Below, piece after piece: positions 54,951 to 63,717 of a stretch of DNA of 64,000 bases (position 1 is the first letter of the stretch; each line of letters starts with the position of its first letter). Source of the stretch: Gemmatimonadota bacterium (GTDB lineage: Bacteria > Gemmatimonadota > Gemmatimonadetes > Gemmatimonadales > GWC2-71-9); NCBI GenBank assembly GCA_041477065.1, contig JBGOUQ010000017.1:3669-67668 (forward strand). The letters run 5' to 3'. The notes under the pieces were generated by a model. The model worked only from the letters and a program-made list of their open reading frames with translations. It did not search any database and was not told the origin of the DNA. A program made the position numbers and the translations under genes.

Positions 54951-55340
54951 TCACCCTTCTTCGACGAGTACTGCGACGGCGACCGCAGCAAGATGCGTGT
55001 GCGACAACGACAGCAACACGCGCGCGACGCCCATCGCCGCGGCGCGCTCGGCGGCGAGCCCAGACAACGCGACGGCGGGGCGGCCGTCCGGCGCGCGCAC
55101 GACTTCGATTTCCCGCCAGCCGATCCCCCGAGCCGCCTCACTCCCCTGTAGCGCTTTGTAGACCGCTTCTTTCGCAGCGAGCCGCACCGCGACGTGCTCC
55201 GCCGGGTTCGGCCGGCTGCGGCAGTACTCCGCTTCCGTCACCGTCAGCAGGCGGTCGAAGACGTGGGCGCCCTTGTCCGCGATCATCTGACGGGCACGCT
55301 CCACCTCGACCAGGTCCACCCCGACGCCGACGGCGCTCAC
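54951..55340 (-). CDS. acpS: holo-[acyl-carrier-protein] synthase
   Basis: GVGVDLVEVERARQM...; AAKEAVYKAL; SLSHT. GTGA overlap with the upstream stop. Confidence 0.9.
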   Translation of the reverse strand: MSAVGVGVDLVEVERARQMIADKGAHVFDRLLTVTEAEYCRSRPNPAEHVAVRLAAKEAVYKALQGSEAARGIGWREIEVVRAPDGRPAVALSGLAAERAAAMGVARVLLSLSHTHLAAVAVAVLVEEG

Positions 55341-57529
55341 GGCGCCGCCCGCGTCACGAACAGCCGGCGCCGCAGCACGCGGCCGTCCACCTCGACCGCC
55401 ACCAGATAGACGCCGTTCGGCATCCGTCGACCTCCGGCCGTCAGATCCCAGACGTACTCATTGCCCGGCGGGGCCACCGTCGCTCCGATCAGGCGGTCAC
55501 CAGTGAACGTGTAGATCCCGAGGCGCGCGGCAGCCGTTCCCACCGGCCAGGAGATCACGACCTGATCGCTCTTCACCGGATTTTCGGAGACGTCCACCCC
55601 GCCGGCCGTCGCGAGCGACAGGAACGCCGCCGTCGAATCGGAGCCGAAGCCGACGGCGTCGAGCCACCACGGCATCCCGCGCCCGATGAACCGCACCCGG
55701 GCGCCCGCCACCCCCGCCGCCGCCGGGAGGTCCACCCGCACGGGATACCAGGCTGGGCCGCTTCCTGCCAGCGCAGCGACCTCGCTCCAGCTCCGCCCGC
55801 TGTCGGCCGAGAATTGAACTTCACCCTGCTGCTGCGGCGCGAAGCCCGAGCCCGCGTGCTTGGTCCAGAGCTGCAGCCAGACGCGGATGCGGCCGCTCAA
55901 GTCCACCACCGGCGAGGTCAGCGTGTCGTTGCCCGCCCCGTACCAGGCGTATTGCCCCACCAACGCATCGCCGGTGCGCGTCCACCCCGTCCATCCCCGG
56001 TCGCCATCCTCGGCCCCGGCGATCGAGACGAGCTCGGCGGCGAGGCCCGCACCGTCCACCCGCACCGCGCGCGCGCCGTCGGCGGTGACGTCGCTGCGCC
56101 AGGAGTTCCGTAGCCGCCCGCGCCAGAGGGAGTCGGCGCGTGCGTTGCGCGTCACGATCTGGCCGGTCGACGTGCGCACGCTGAGGGAGAGCGGTATGGA
56201 TGCCCCCGCGTCGAGGCTGACCCTGACTTCAGGCCACACCGACTCTACGCGCGCGGCCGACGGCAGCAACCCCGACGGGCCTTGAGCCCCCGCCGGGTCG
56301 CCTGCCCCGGCGATCACCGCCAGCGCGAACGGCAGGTTGTCGCGGAACACCCGATCCACCAACGCGCTGTCGTCCGGAAACACGAACCCGTAGTAGAGCC
56401 CGGAATCGGGCGTACAGCACCCGCTCGTCAGCTCGGTCGTGAACGCGATGGTCCCATGGGCCCGGTAGGCCCAGTCGGTGTACTCGCCGTTGGTGGTGTA
56501 CAGCGTCCAACCGGGACCCGGGTGATACGCCGGCAGACTGGAAGCGGGCACGTTGTCGCGCACCGCCGGCTGCAGATCGGTGCCGGCCAGCGCCTGGAAC
56601 ACCGGCTGGTCGGGCGCCAGCTCGCCGTTGCGGAAACCGTAGGGGTAGAGCACCAGCCCGCTGTAGGTGTGGTAGGACACCGCTAGAACCGGCGGATGCG
56701 CGGCGTGGAAGGCGATGATCGCCTGAGTCTCGGGCTCCGAAGCCGGGGCGGAGCCGCGGTAGATCTCGACGCCCGGGTCGGGGCTCGAGCCCGCGTCGTC
56801 CACGCCCCAGAAGGCGGGGTAGTTGCGGTTGGGGTCGACGCCGTAGGTCCCGTCGGCGTTGTGCCGCCGGTTCTTCCGCCACAGCCGGCTGGTGGTGAAG
56901 GTGTACTGGTAGCCGTCCGGGTTTTCCACCGGGATCACCCAAATGTCGCGGCTGGCGAGCAGCGCCGGCGGCAGCGAGTCCGCGATCCAGCGGATCAGCC
57001 GCATCGCCACCTCAGTCGATACCCACTCGCGGGCGTGGTGCGTCGCCATGAACAACACGTTGGGGCGCGCGGGCGAATCCCCGGCGCTCCCGATTTTCAC
57101 CGCCAGGATCGGCCGGCCCTCCACGGAGGCTCCGATCGAGTCCACCTGGATCCGCGAGTCGGCCGCGGCCCAGGCGGCAAGCGTGGCGCGGATGCCTGTG
57201 ACCGGCTTCTCGAAGGACCGAAAGGTCTTGAAAGTGTCGGCGACGGTGGGCGCGCCCCCTACAGGGGCGCCGGCCACCGGCGCGACGACGTAGCCACGCG
57301 CCGCCAGCCGGCGCTCCGTCTGATCCGACACCACGATCACCGCGGTGAGGCGGCCGTCCACCGTGCGCAGCGCCGCCACCTCGAAGCCCAAGCGCACCAG
57401 CGAGTCGAGGCCGGCGCGGCCGCTGACTGGCACCTGCGCCATACGCAGCTGTTGCGCGGCGACGGCGGGGAGCGTGATCGCCGACGCGAGCAGAAGGAGG
57501 GCTAGAAGCCCAGGCGTTCGGCGAGCCAT
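55337..57529 (-). CDS. secreted M14 zinc carboxypeptidase with a C-terminal beta-sandwich sorting-type domain (T9SS CTD / FlgD-Ig-like)
   Basis: Within ORF 55337..57616. ATG 57529 (MARRTPGLLALLLLASAITLPAVAAQ). M14 motif MATHHAREWV. C-terminus ...WDLTAGGRRMPNGVYLVAVEVDGRVLRRRLFVTR. Confidence 0.8.
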   Translation of the reverse strand: MARRTPGLLALLLLASAITLPAVAAQQLRMAQVPVSGRAGLDSLVRLGFEVAALRTVDGRLTAVIVVSDQTERRLAARGYVVAPVAGAPVGGAPTVADTFKTFRSFEKPVTGIRATLAAWAAADSRIQVDSIGASVEGRPILAVKIGSAGDSPARPNVLFMATHHAREWVSTEVAMRLIRWIADSLPPALLASRDIWVIPVENPDGYQYTFTTSRLWRKNRRHNADGTYGVDPNRNYPAFWGVDDAGSSPDPGVEIYRGSAPASEPETQAIIAFHAAHPPVLAVSYHTYSGLVLYPYGFRNGELAPDQPVFQALAGTDLQPAVRDNVPASSLPAYHPGPGWTLYTTNGEYTDWAYRAHGTIAFTTELTSGCCTPDSGLYYGFVFPDDSALVDRVFRDNLPFALAVIAGAGDPAGAQGPSGLLPSAARVESVWPEVRVSLDAGASIPLSLSVRTSTGQIVTRNARADSLWRGRLRNSWRSDVTADGARAVRVDGAGLAAELVSIAGAEDGDRGWTGWTRTGDALVGQYAWYGAGNDTLTSPVVDLSGRIRVWLQLWTKHAGSGFAPQQQGEVQFSADSGRSWSEVAALAGSGPAWYPVRVDLPAAAGVAGARVRFIGRGMPWWLDAVGFGSDSTAAFLSLATAGGVDVSENPVKSDQVVISWPVGTAAARLGIYTFTGDRLIGATVAPPGNEYVWDLTAGGRRMPNGVYLVAVEVDGRVLRRRLFVTRAAP

Positions 57530-58212
57530 GCGGGAGCGGCAAGGTAGCCGCCGAGCACCAATCCCAGCCAGAGCACCAGGGCCGCGAGCGGCGCCCAGAC
57601 GACGAACACCGGCCACAGCGGGGGGCGCCAGGCCGCGACGTCCGCGATCTCCGGCGCCCAGCGCCCGCGCTCGGCCGCGACCTCATCCTCCAGCGCCAGC
57701 CAGGCGGCCTCGAGACGCCGCGCGGCGGCGCGCAGCGCCTCCTGCCAGTCGGCGTGCGCATCCTTGTCCAGCACGCTCGCCTCGTGCACCTGAAACGCCG
57801 CCGTCTCGAGCGTGTCGAGCGCGTCCACGAACGGACCGCCACCCGTCCCGAGCCGGGCGGCGATGGCCCGCTTTTCGGCGCTGGTAAGCAAGCGGCGGCG
57901 CCAGCGTCGTGGCGGCATTCGAACGCCGCGGGCGGCGCGCTCGATTTCCGCGTCCAGGGCCGTCGCCAGCCGCTCCGCCACCGCCCGCACGGCCTGCTCC
58001 CACACGCCCGTCCAGACGCGCCGGCTGACCGCCTCGAGCACCGCGTCGCGCTGCTCGCGCATCGCCGCGGCGCGGCCCTGGCCGCCCAGCTCGAGCACGT
58101 GCGTCGCGAGCTGCTCGCGGATGTCGTCCAAGGGGATCCACGGCGGGGTGAGGCGCCGCGGCACGATCACGCGCCCGAGCGCGGGGGCCAGCTCGGGAAC
58201 GCGGAGCGGCAT
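57502..58212 (-). CDS. hypothetical protein with C-terminal TM segment
   Basis: Within ORF 57502..58407. ATG 58212 (MPLRVPELAPALG...). C-terminus PLWPVFVVWAPLAALVLWLGLVLGGYL. No family recognised. Confidence 0.5.
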   Translation of the reverse strand: MPLRVPELAPALGRVIVPRRLTPPWIPLDDIREQLATHVLELGGQGRAAAMREQRDAVLEAVSRRVWTGVWEQAVRAVAERLATALDAEIERAARGVRMPPRRWRRRLLTSAEKRAIAARLGTGGGPFVDALDTLETAAFQVHEASVLDKDAHADWQEALRAAARRLEAAWLALEDEVAAERGRWAPEIADVAAWRPPLWPVFVVWAPLAALVLWLGLVLGGYLAAPAWLAERLGF

Positions 58213-58232
58213 CGGAATCCGGACGGGCGCGC

Positions 58233-58799
58233 TCACTCGGCAGCGATGCGCGCGCGCCGCCCCGTGCGCGACTCGTAGTCGGCTACGAAGTAGGGCAACG
58301 CCTCGGGCAGGAAGCGCGCGCGCCCGAGGCCTGTCGCCGCCACCGCCTGCTCGATGGCCGCGGGCGTACCTTCGATCTCCACCAGCACGTCCATTGCGGG
58401 ATACCATTCGAGCCGCACGGCGGCGCCGCCCAGCCGGTACTCGGCGATTGTCCGGTCGATCCGCATCACGACCTCGTACCCCAACCGCTCGAGGATGGCC
58501 AGCGCCGCGTCCGGATCGGCGACGCGCACTTCATGCTCCTCGCGGTGCTTGTACCCGTCACGTACGCTCACCGGCCCTTTCCAACCGAGCACACCACCCG
58601 CGGTGCCGCCGGTCGGCCGGTAGATCCGCAGCCGCAGCACTTCGTCCCGCGCGCTGAGCCCGCCGTCGCGGTCGTAGCGGCGGTCGATCATCTCCCCGCG
58701 AAACACCGGCTCGGCGCCGCTCCCGACGAGGGCGCGCTCCAGCGCGTCGGGATCCTCGACCCGGGCCTTGAGCTCGAGCTCGTCGTGGGCGGCGCTCAC
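58233..58799 (-). CDS. CYTH-domain protein (class IV adenylate cyclase / triphosphate tunnel metalloenzyme family)
   Basis: N-terminal ELELKARV (ExExK). Overall pattern ...LRLRIY...WKGP...REEHEVRV...RIDRTIAEYRL...VRLEWYPAMDVLVEIEG. Confidence 0.75.
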   Translation of the reverse strand: MSAAHDELELKARVEDPDALERALVGSGAEPVFRGEMIDRRYDRDGGLSARDEVLRLRIYRPTGGTAGGVLGWKGPVSVRDGYKHREEHEVRVADPDAALAILERLGYEVVMRIDRTIAEYRLGGAAVRLEWYPAMDVLVEIEGTPAAIEQAVAATGLGRARFLPEALPYFVADYESRTGRRARIAAE

Positions 58800-59500
58800 C
58801 CGAAGATCGCGTCGAGCACGGCGGCGGTGTCACTCAAGTCCGCAAAGACGTGCGCGGCGCCGGCGGCGCGGAGCGCGGCGGCATCGTAGTGGCCGGTGGC
58901 GACCGCGACCGTGCGCGCTCCGAACGGCCGCCCGCAGGCCACGTCGTCGGGCGTGTCCCCGATGATGACGACGTCTCGGCCGGAGACTTCCCACCCCGCC
59001 CCCTGTTCGGCCGCGCGCCGCGCCGCGATCGCCGGCAAGTCGGGCCGGTGCCCAGAATCGGAGCCGTAGGCGCCCACGCTGAAGCGCCCCGGGTCGAGCC
59101 CGGCCGAGGCGAGCTTCAGCGCGGCCCCGCGCTCCACATTGCCGGTCAGCAGCCCCACGAGCGCGCGGCCCTCCGCCTCGTACGGCTCGAGCGCCGCGAG
59201 CAGCTCGCGGACGCCGGGAAAGAGGCGCGTGCGCTGGGTGGCCTGGGCGAGCTCGTGCGCCAGCAGCGCCACGTAGCGGCGGCACACCGCGTCTACCCGC
59301 TCCGCCGCGGCGGCCTCGGCGTGGCCCGCGAGCGCCAGCAGCTCGCGCACGATTTGCGGATCGGTCTTGCCGTCGAACCGGTACGTATCGATCGGCCCCG
59401 CCGTGCCCATCTCGTCCAGAAGGGCGCGATGGATGGCCCGGCGGCCCGCGCCATCGGTCCAGAGCAGCGTGCCGTCGATGTCGAAGAGCACGAGTCTCAT
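58796..59500 (-). CDS. HAD-superfamily hydrolase (phosphoglycolate-phosphatase-like)
   Basis: Within ORF 58796..59647. ATG 59500 (MRLVLFDIDGTLL). LLTGN; VIIGDTPDDV. Confidence 0.85.
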   Translation of the reverse strand: MRLVLFDIDGTLLWTDGAGRRAIHRALLDEMGTAGPIDTYRFDGKTDPQIVRELLALAGHAEAAAAERVDAVCRRYVALLAHELAQATQRTRLFPGVRELLAALEPYEAEGRALVGLLTGNVERGAALKLASAGLDPGRFSVGAYGSDSGHRPDLPAIAARRAAEQGAGWEVSGRDVVIIGDTPDDVACGRPFGARTVAVATGHYDAAALRAAGAAHVFADLSDTAAVLDAIFG

Positions 59501-60516
59501 GGCCGCCGCGCCTCCGGCCGCCGCACCGCGACGAGCTGGCCGCGCAGCCGTCTCCCGATCGCCGATTCCCCGAAGAGGTCGTCGCCCGAGACGCCGCCGC
59601 GCGAGAGAGCGGAGTGCACGATGCGTCCCGCGCCCCCCCCTGCCCACAGCGCCACGTGCGACACGCGCCCGTTCTCGGCGAAATACAGCAGGTCGCCCGC
59701 CTCATAGCCCGCGCCTCGCGGGTCCACGGGCACCTCCCCTCCCTGCGTCACCTGCAGGTCGCTGTCACGCAGCAGGGCAATGCCCCGCGCGGCGTACACG
59801 CTCTGGGCGAGGCCGGAGCAGTCGATTCCCCACTCGGTGCGCCCACCCCACAGATAAGGGGCGCCGCTGAACCAGCGCAGCGCCAGCTCCGGCACGGCCA
59901 GCATACGCGCCTCGGTGCGGATCTCCGCCTCGGCGCGCGCGGCGCCGGCCTTCACCGTGGCTACCCGGCCGTCCGCCAGCTCCACCGTGCCGTCACGCCG
60001 TGGTGCGACGCGCGCCCCGATCGGGAGCCGCCGTCGGCCGTCCGGCGTGACCACCTCGAGACCCAGGGAGCGGGCGGTGGCGCGCCCCGTCCAGTCCGCG
60101 GCCCAGTCCTCGGCGCCGGTCGCGACGTACCCAGCGTGCATCCATCCATGATAGCCGTCCCCGACGCGGACCCGCAGCCATCCGTCGCGCCGCTCCAGCA
60201 GTGCCAGGGGCTCGCCGTGGAGCACCTCGTTGACGCGTGCGGCGTTCAGCTTCGGGTGCTCGAGGAGGGGCGCGATCGCCGCCGTCAGGATCGCGGCCGT
60301 GTCGCCGCCGAGCGAGGCGTCGGGCAGCGGTGTCAGGTCGACGTCGAGCCCGGCGTCGCCGCCCAGGCGGCGCAGCGCTTCGAGCGCGTCGCGGCTGGTG
60401 GTCTGGCCGGCGAGACGCCGCGGCGCGTCCTCCACACGCACCTCGAACACGCCGAGCCGCGCGTCCGGCACCCACCTGCGCCGCAGGTCGTCGATGGTGC
60501 GCTCGAGCTTGTCCAT
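59497..60516 (-). CDS. NlpC/P60 peptidase with N-terminal SH3b-like domains (YkfC / gamma-D-glutamyl-diamino-acid endopeptidase-like)
   Basis: Within ORF 59497..61116. ATG 60516 (MDKLERTIDDL...). Catalytic context YLWGGRTEWGIDCSGLAQSVY and SHVALW. Confidence 0.8.
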   Translation of the reverse strand: MDKLERTIDDLRRRWVPDARLGVFEVRVEDAPRRLAGQTTSRDALEALRRLGGDAGLDVDLTPLPDASLGGDTAAILTAAIAPLLEHPKLNAARVNEVLHGEPLALLERRDGWLRVRVGDGYHGWMHAGYVATGAEDWAADWTGRATARSLGLEVVTPDGRRRLPIGARVAPRRDGTVELADGRVATVKAGAARAEAEIRTEARMLAVPELALRWFSGAPYLWGGRTEWGIDCSGLAQSVYAARGIALLRDSDLQVTQGGEVPVDPRGAGYEAGDLLYFAENGRVSHVALWAGGGAGRIVHSALSRGGVSGDDLFGESAIGRRLRGQLVAVRRPEARRP

Positions 60517-61514
60517 CAGGCCGTCCCGTCGGCGAGGCCGGGGACGGCCGGCGTGCCCTTCGCCAGGCGCACGGCGCGCTCCAGCGCCTCGGGCACGGCT
60601 TCGGCGGCGAGGGCTTCCACTTGCAGAGCCGAGGCGGGCGCCACGCCGCCCACGCTCACGGCGAAGCTGATGTCGCCGTCGTACAGGGTGCCGAATGGGG
60701 TGATGCGCCGGGCCAGGGCGTCGTTCGCGGCCTGGGCGAGGGCCTGGAGCGACACCCGATCGATTGTGGCGTTGGTAGCGACGACCGCCAGGGTCGTGTT
60801 GCTGGGCGCCCGGCTCTGGGCGCCCGCGTCCGAACTGCGCCCGAACGGAGCGCCGCCCTGCGCCAGGTAGCGCAGCGAGTCGAGATACGTTCCGTGAGGG
60901 TCCCGGGCCCCGGCGATGATCGCGCCGCGTGCATCGCGCACGTCGCCCACGGCATTGACCACCACGAGCGCGCTCACGACGACGTCTCCCGCGCGCACCG
61001 CCCAACTGCCGAGGCCGCCCTTCATCATCGCGCCGGGCCCGGCCACTTTGCCGATCGTGGCACCCGCGCCGGCGCCGACCGAGCCCTCGGCGAAGGTGGT
61101 GCCGGCGGCGTCGCAAGCGCGCGCCGCATCCTCCGGCGAGGGCCAGTGCCCCTCCGATCCGGGGTGCCCCAGATCGAAGATCACCGCGGTCGGCACGATG
61201 GGAACGAGCGTGGGTCCGACCGGCAGGCCGCGGCCGCGCTCGCGCAGCCAGCGCATCACACCGTCGGCGGCGCCGAGACCGTAGGCGGAGCCGCCGGTGA
61301 GGAGGATGGCGTGAATCGAATCGACGAGATGGCGGGGGTCGAGCGCGTCGAGCTCCCGCGTGCCGGTGGCGCGCCCACGCGCGGCCGCCGCCGCGCGCAT
61401 GCCCTCTTCGGGCGCGAGGACGACGGTGCAGCCGGTGGCGCCGCCGGGATGGGTCCAGTGTCCCACGGTGATCCCGGGGACGGCGGCGAGGTTGGACGGA
61501 GCGCGGACGGGCAT
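60516..61514 (-). CDS. P1/S58 (DmpA-type) aminopeptidase family protein
   Basis: PGITVGHWTHPGGATGCTVVL...; ILLTGGSAYGL; NTTLAVVATNA. ATG 61514 is preferred; GTG 61559 is possible. Confidence 0.75.
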   Translation of the reverse strand: MPVRAPSNLAAVPGITVGHWTHPGGATGCTVVLAPEEGMRAAAAARGRATGTRELDALDPRHLVDSIHAILLTGGSAYGLGAADGVMRWLRERGRGLPVGPTLVPIVPTAVIFDLGHPGSEGHWPSPEDAARACDAAGTTFAEGSVGAGAGATIGKVAGPGAMMKGGLGSWAVRAGDVVVSALVVVNAVGDVRDARGAIIAGARDPHGTYLDSLRYLAQGGAPFGRSSDAGAQSRAPSNTTLAVVATNATIDRVSLQALAQAANDALARRITPFGTLYDGDISFAVSVGGVAPASALQVEALAAEAVPEALERAVRLAKGTPAVPGLADGTA

Positions 61515-61573
61515 CGACCCGCGAAACCTAGCGTTGCTTGCTCGGCTTGTGGAGTCCACGTAGCTTCCGACCC

Positions 61574-62188
61574 ATGCCGGTCAGCAATGTCCGCTCCGAG
61601 CCCACCACGGTCCTCGTCGTGGACGACGAGGAGGGCATCCGCCAGGCGCTGGAGCGCTTCCTCACGCGCCTGGGCTACCGCGTGATGACAGCCGAGGACG
61701 CCGCGGTGGCGCTCACGCGGATCGCGCCCGGCAGCCTCCAGGCGATGCTGTGCGACATCCGGATGCCGAACATGACGGGCGTCGAGCTGGTTCCCAAGGC
61801 GCTGGCGCAGGACCCCGATCTCGCCATCCTGATGCTCACCGCGATCGACGAGCCGCGCACGGCCATCGAGTGCCTCAAGCTCGGGGCGTTCGATTATCTG
61901 ATCAAGCCGGTGGACCTGGAGGAGCTGGAGCTGTCGCTCCAGACCGCCCTGCGGCGGCGCCAGCTGGAGATCGACCGCCGCGAGCTGGAGCAGTGGCTGG
62001 CCCGGGAGGTCGCGGTGCGCACGCGGGAGCTCGAGGAGCGCACGGCGGCGATCGAGGCGGTGGCGCTCGACGCGCTCGCCGCGACGCGCGACTGGAGCGG
62101 CGCGGACGAGGCGTTGGGGCGGCTCGCGCGCGAGCTGGGGATGACGATGGACGAGGTGAGACGCGAAGTCCGCTCGCGCCAGGTCTAG
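61574..62188 (+). CDS. response regulator: receiver domain plus coiled-coil tail, no recognised output domain
   Basis: Within ORF 61538..62188. ATG 61574 (MPVSNVRSEPTTVLVVDDEEG...MLCDIRMPNMTG...KP). Confidence 0.8.
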   Translation: MPVSNVRSEPTTVLVVDDEEGIRQALERFLTRLGYRVMTAEDAAVALTRIAPGSLQAMLCDIRMPNMTGVELVPKALAQDPDLAILMLTAIDEPRTAIECLKLGAFDYLIKPVDLEELELSLQTALRRRQLEIDRRELEQWLAREVAVRTRELEERTAAIEAVALDALAATRDWSGADEALGRLARELGMTMDEVRREVRSRQV

Positions 62189-62367
62189 GCTTTCGACGCG
62201 TTCGCTTTCGCTTCGCAGGCCTTGCAGCGCGTAATGCCGCGGAAGGTGCAGATCAGGCAGATGAAGGTCCCGCAGTCCGAGCAGGGGTAGCCCTCCGACG
62301 CACGCTCCTCGTTCCCGCAGTAGCGGCAGACCATTCCGTCGTGCTCTTTCAGGACCGGCTTGTCCAT
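62185..62367 (-). CDS. small Cys-rich protein with four CxxC motifs (60 aa)
   Basis: MDKPVLKEHDGMVCRYCGNEERASEGYPCSDCGTFICLICTFRGITRCKACEAKANASKA. Starts 6 nt after the sigma-54 activator stop. G/C-rich third positions. Confidence 0.55.
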   Translation of the reverse strand: MDKPVLKEHDGMVCRYCGNEERASEGYPCSDCGTFICLICTFRGITRCKACEAKANASKA

Positions 62368-62373
62368 AGTGCC

Positions 62374-63717
62374 TCAGAGGTCCAGGGCGTAGGTCTTAAT
62401 CTTATTGATCAGCGTCGCGCGCGAAATGCCGAGCTCCAGCGCCGCGCGCGTGCGGTTCCCGGCATGGTGGCGTAGCGCCCGCTCGACCTGCGTTTTCTCC
62501 ACATCCGCCAGGGTGAGCGGCTGGTGGCGCCGCTCGCCCGCCCCGCCCTTGCGGAAGTCCGCCGGCAGGTGCTCCACCCCGATTTGGGACTGGCCCCGCG
62601 CGAGGATCATCCCGCGCTCGAGCACGTTCCGCATCTCGCGCACGTTGCCCGGCCACGGCGCCGACAGCAAACGGTCGAGCGCCTCGGTGGAGCACTCGGC
62701 CGGACACCCCGGAAGCTGCCCGCGCAGCTCGGCCAGAATCCGGGTGAACAGCGCCAGTCGGTCCTCGCGGGAGCGCTCCCGCACCGGCGGCAGGTGCAAC
62801 GGCATCACGCTCAACCGGTAGAAGAGATCTTCCCGGAACTTGCCCACCTTGACGTCCCCCACCAGGTTGCGGTTCGTGGCCGCGACCAGCCGCACGTTCA
62901 CGGTGAGCTCGCGGGTGCCGCCGAGGCGCCGGAAGGTCTTGGTCTCGAGCACCTTCAGCAGCTTGGGCTGCAGCTCGGGGGCGAGGTCGCCGATCTCGTC
63001 GAGAAAGATGGTGCCGCCGTCGGCGAGCTCGAACAGCCCCTGCTTGCGGTCCTTGGCGTCGGTGAAGGCGCCCTTCTCGTGGCCGAACAGCTCCGAATCG
63101 AGGAAGGTCGCCGAGAGACCGGCGCAGTTCACTTCGACGAACGGGCCCGCGGCGCGCTGGCTCAAATGGTGCACGATGCGCGCTACCCACCCCTTGCCGG
63201 TGCCGCTTTCGCCGGTGAGCAAGAGGGTGGTACGCTCGGTCGCCGCGAGCAGCTGCACCTGCCGCGCCAACTCCTGCATCGCCGGAGAGACCCCGAGGGA
63301 GTCGAGGCCCTCTTCCAGACGTTCGTGCGCGCGCAGCAGGAGGTTCTGGCGCCGCAGCCGCACCTTCTCCGATACCCGCGCCGCCGCCGCCGCCAGGTGG
63401 GTCATGTCGACCGGCTTAGTGAGAAAGTGCTCGGCGCCGAGCTGCATGGCCCGGACCGCGGTTTCGATGTCCCCATGGCCCGTGAGCACGATGACCGACG
63501 CGCCCTGGGCCTTCAGCCGCTCCAGCACGTCGAGCCCGTTCGCGTCGGGCAGGTGCAGGTCGAGGATCACCACGTCCGGCCGGACGCGCTCGAAGCTCTC
63601 GATGCCCGCCTGGGCGGTCGCCTCCCGATACACGTCGGCCCCGATCTTCTCGAGGTAGGCGCCGATGGCGCGGAGGACACTGTCGTCGTCGTCGATCAGC
63701 AGGACGCTGTCAGGCAT
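62374..63717 (-). CDS. sigma-54-dependent response regulator (NtrC family)
   Basis: Receiver (VLLIDDDD...ILDLHLPD), GESGTGKG, GAFTDA, IFLDEIG, C-terminal Fis HTH (AGNRTRAALELGISRATL). Confidence 0.9.
   Translation of the reverse strand: MPDSVLLIDDDDSVLRAIGAYLEKIGADVYREATAQAGIESFERVRPDVVILDLHLPDANGLDVLERLKAQGASVIVLTGHGDIETAVRAMQLGAEHFLTKPVDMTHLAAAAARVSEKVRLRRQNLLLRAHERLEEGLDSLGVSPAMQELARQVQLLAATERTTLLLTGESGTGKGWVARIVHHLSQRAAGPFVEVNCAGLSATFLDSELFGHEKGAFTDAKDRKQGLFELADGGTIFLDEIGDLAPELQPKLLKVLETKTFRRLGGTRELTVNVRLVAATNRNLVGDVKVGKFREDLFYRLSVMPLHLPPVRERSREDRLALFTRILAELRGQLPGCPAECSTEALDRLLSAPWPGNVREMRNVLERGMILARGQSQIGVEHLPADFRKGGAGERRHQPLTLADVEKTQVERALRHHAGNRTRAALELGISRATLINKIKTYALDL

Noticed and set aside
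62185-62188. Convergent genes sharing the palindromic CTAG as both stop codons (also at 19597..19600; TAGCTA at 37827..37832).
   Set aside because: This is a curiosity of compact gene packing. TAG read on both strands of CTAG is expected by chance at convergent junctions, and no functional implication can be supported.
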